Part shown: positions 57,117-59,213 of the stretch, piece by piece | Layout: every line of letters begins with the position of its first letter | Position numbering within the stretch: position 1 is the first letter of the stretch | NCBI GenBank assembly: GCA_040384725.1 | Contig: JAZKIS010000011.1 | Location: 1-59,213, forward strand | Origin: Patescibacteria group bacterium | GTDB lineage: Bacteria; Patescibacteriota; Minisyncoccia; Phycocordibacterales; Phycocordibacteraceae | Length of the DNA stretch: 59,213 bases | Reading direction: 5' to 3' | Translations under genes and position numbers: made by a program | Notes under the pieces: model-generated | What the model was told of the DNA's origin: nothing | Database searches by the model: none | The model's input: only the letters and a program-made list of their open reading frames with translations

Positions 57117-57704
57117 ATGGACTCCCTCGCAAAACTCTTCGGTTCCACCGCGCGGGTAAAGCTCCTGCGACTCTTCCTCTTTAATGACGACCTGACCTTC
57201 TTGGCTGCAGACGCTGCATTCCGCGCACGTCTCACGAAGGACATAGCGCGCAAAGAACTCACCCAGCTCGTGAGTGCTGGCATTCTCCGCAAGAAGACCG
57301 GCAAGAGCCCGGTAGGGTACAGCGCGGACAAGCGCTTCCCGCACTACGATGCGCTTCGCGTATTCCTGCGCACGACCACCGATGTGAGCGACTCAGCGAT
57401 CGTGACTTCGTTCAAGAAGGCCGGTACGGTAAAGCTCGTGGTGCTTTCAGGACTCTTCACCGGTGCGCTTGAGTCGAAGCTCGACGTGCTTATCGTGGGC
57501 GACCGCATGGAAGAGCGTCCGCTCGCAACCGCGATCCACGCGCTCGAGGCGGAGCTCGGAAGGGAACTCAGGTACGCGTGCTTCACCTCAGAGCAGTTCA
57601 AGTATCGTCTGGGCGTCTATGACCGCCTCCTCAGGGATGTATTCGACTACCCGAACCGGGTTATCGTCGACAAGATCGGCCTCGCAACGACAAAGACCGG
57701 CTAA
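57117..57704 (+). CDS. Winged HTH + degenerate nucleotidyltransferase-like domain protein
   Basis: LFGSTARVKLL..F HTH; LSG.F....KLDVLIVGD...GREL.Y. Confidence 0.65.
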   Translation: MDSLAKLFGSTARVKLLRLFLFNDDLTFLAADAAFRARLTKDIARKELTQLVSAGILRKKTGKSPVGYSADKRFPHYDALRVFLRTTTDVSDSAIVTSFKKAGTVKLVVLSGLFTGALESKLDVLIVGDRMEERPLATAIHALEAELGRELRYACFTSEQFKYRLGVYDRLLRDVFDYPNRVIVDKIGLATTKTG

Positions 57705-57820
57705 GGAGCCGGTCTTTCGCGTTTTCCGGACTGTCCACATACCCCCCTTCCTGAAGGCTTCACCTTGCTACACTTAGGGTATTAACGGAATTATGCCGCT
57801 AATTCGATAACCCACATCCT

Positions 57821-58498
57821 ATGTTTCTAACCACTTGGGCAGATGTCCTGACACAGTCCTTCCAGAACTTGTTCTACGGGCTCGTCGCGTTCATCCCTAA
57901 CTTAGTAGTCGCGCTCGTCATCTTCGTGATCGGCTGGCTCGTCGGTGCCGGCATCGGCCGCCTCGTCGCGCAGGTCGTCGGTTCGCTCCGTGTCGATCAG
58001 GCGCTCCGCGCTGCAGGCGTTGAGCGTGTCGTTGATCGCGCAGGATTCACCCTCGACTCGGGTGCGTTCCTCGGCTTCCTCGTGAAGTGGTTCTTCATCA
58101 TCGTCTTCCTCGTGGCAGCCCTTGATGTGCTCGGCCTCACGCAGGTAACGGCGTTCCTCACGGGTGTCGTGCTTGGCTACCTTCCGCAGGTTATCGTCGC
58201 GGTGTTCATCCTCCTCGTGGCTGCGGTCATCGCAGAGGCTTCCCAGCGCGTTGTTGCGGGAGCTGCACGTGCCGCTGGTATCCGCGCTGCGAACCTTCTC
58301 GGTGCGGTTGCTCGCTGGGCTATCTGGATCTTCGCGATTCTCGTTGCTCTCGAGCGCCTCGGTGTCTCGCCATTGATTCAGACCCTGTTCACGGGAATCG
58401 TCGTAGCGCTCGCGCTAGCGTTCGGTCTCGCGTTCGGTCTGGGTGGTCAGGCAGCCGCTGCGAAGTACATCGAGCGGGTACAGAACGAGATCAAGTAG
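57821..58498 (+). CDS. CmpX/MscS-associated TM-helix repeat protein
   Basis: Two P.(L/V).VA..I...G/A repeats; ALAFGLAFGLGG. Confidence 0.8.
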   Translation: MFLTTWADVLTQSFQNLFYGLVAFIPNLVVALVIFVIGWLVGAGIGRLVAQVVGSLRVDQALRAAGVERVVDRAGFTLDSGAFLGFLVKWFFIIVFLVAALDVLGLTQVTAFLTGVVLGYLPQVIVAVFILLVAAVIAEASQRVVAGAARAAGIRAANLLGAVARWAIWIFAILVALERLGVSPLIQTLFTGIVVALALAFGLAFGLGGQAAAAKYIERVQNEIK

Positions 58499-58566
58499 TA
58501 CTCAGTACTCACGTTTAAAGCCCCGCGCATTGCGCGGGGCTTTTCGTTTTGAGCATCTCTCGGTCT

Positions 58567-58806
58567 TCAGGCGTCCTGCCGCACCAGGAGGGCACCGGAC
58601 ACCAGCACCTGAGGATCCCTGCTTTCGAGCAGCATGACCTGGCTGTGCTCGATCGAGACCATGAGGTCCGGGGGAGTGTTCTCGATCTTGTGGATCTTGA
58701 AGGGCCCTTTCCCGTGCCGGCGAACGCTCTGGCGCCGCCTTGTCCGGGACAGACCCGGTCTCCAGCTCACCGTGTCGCTGTCTTTAAAGATCGTCTCTAC
58801 TTCCAT
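58567..58806 (-). CDS. Small hypothetical protein, accessory
   Basis: AGGG SD; promoter TTGACT-N17-TATGAT on the minus strand at about 58843-58871. Confidence 0.45.
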   Translation of the reverse strand: MEVETIFKDSDTVSWRPGLSRTRRRQSVRRHGKGPFKIHKIENTPPDLMVSIEHSQVMLLESRDPQVLVSGALLVRQDA

Positions 58807-58920
58807 AGCCCTGTGCTTCCGTTCTGATGACTGGTAAGGGCAATCATATTGATTTTTCTAATAAAGTCAATCCTTTCATTGCGACCAGGTCTAGGGAGGG
58901 AGTGCCTTTTCGGATCAATG

Positions 58921-58949
58921 TTGACAGCGATTTGCCGCCCGCGTATACT
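58921..58949 (+). promoter_or_regulatory. Near-consensus sigma70 promoter
   Basis: TTGACA-N17-TATACT. Confidence 0.75.
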
Positions 58950-59213
58950 CCTTTTACGTGTTTAAAGCCAAGAAATTACTAACCAAACGGAGCGGGTAAC
59001 GACTGGGTCTCACGACTTGGCCATACCGCCCCGGAAGGGGCTTTTTTCTTGCCGGGACACGTAGGTCGTTGACAGACGAATATGCAAATAGGTAATCAAC
59101 GCCGTTAGGTGTGTGCGTTCGCGTACACCCTAACGGAATGAATATTGCAGAATCACACAATCGTTAGAAAGTGGTGTTCAGGTTTCCGCACAGGAGACAT
59201 GAAGGGTGCACGG

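Overview
A 59-kb stretch of core chromosome from a Patescibacteria (CPR) bacterium, most likely Parcubacteria; this is inferred from gene content and protein style, and the genetic code is standard. It carries type IV pilus genes (pilB-like ATPase, pilMNO), polA, ruvA, recA, recO, ftsK, four aminoacyl-tRNA synthetases, scattered ribosomal-protein genes (rplK with no adjacent rplA), eight tRNAs, a folate/thymidylate cluster, an ECF sigma with a probable anti-sigma, two peptidoglycan-binding surface proteins and several single-gene accessory insertions. I saw no CRISPR array, rRNA, transposase or integrase. The most unusual locus is 50600-54000. There a helical-bundle + winged-HTH gene, divergent from ftsK, carries five exact TAAAGGACA repeats in two reading frames upstream of and inside its own ORF. 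It is followed by a DnaA box and a ~390-nt multi-hairpin leader in front of an S-layer-like gene. Other highlights: IleRS with an inserted histidine-phosphatase domain, a CofE-like ligase plus glutamine amidotransferase inside the dTMP/folate cluster, a ZTP-riboswitch-like element before glyA, EF-P without the modifiable Lys/Arg, tRNA-Arg(GCG), a 6S-like RNA candidate and widespread apparently leaderless promoters. All assignments are by eye; no database searches were run.
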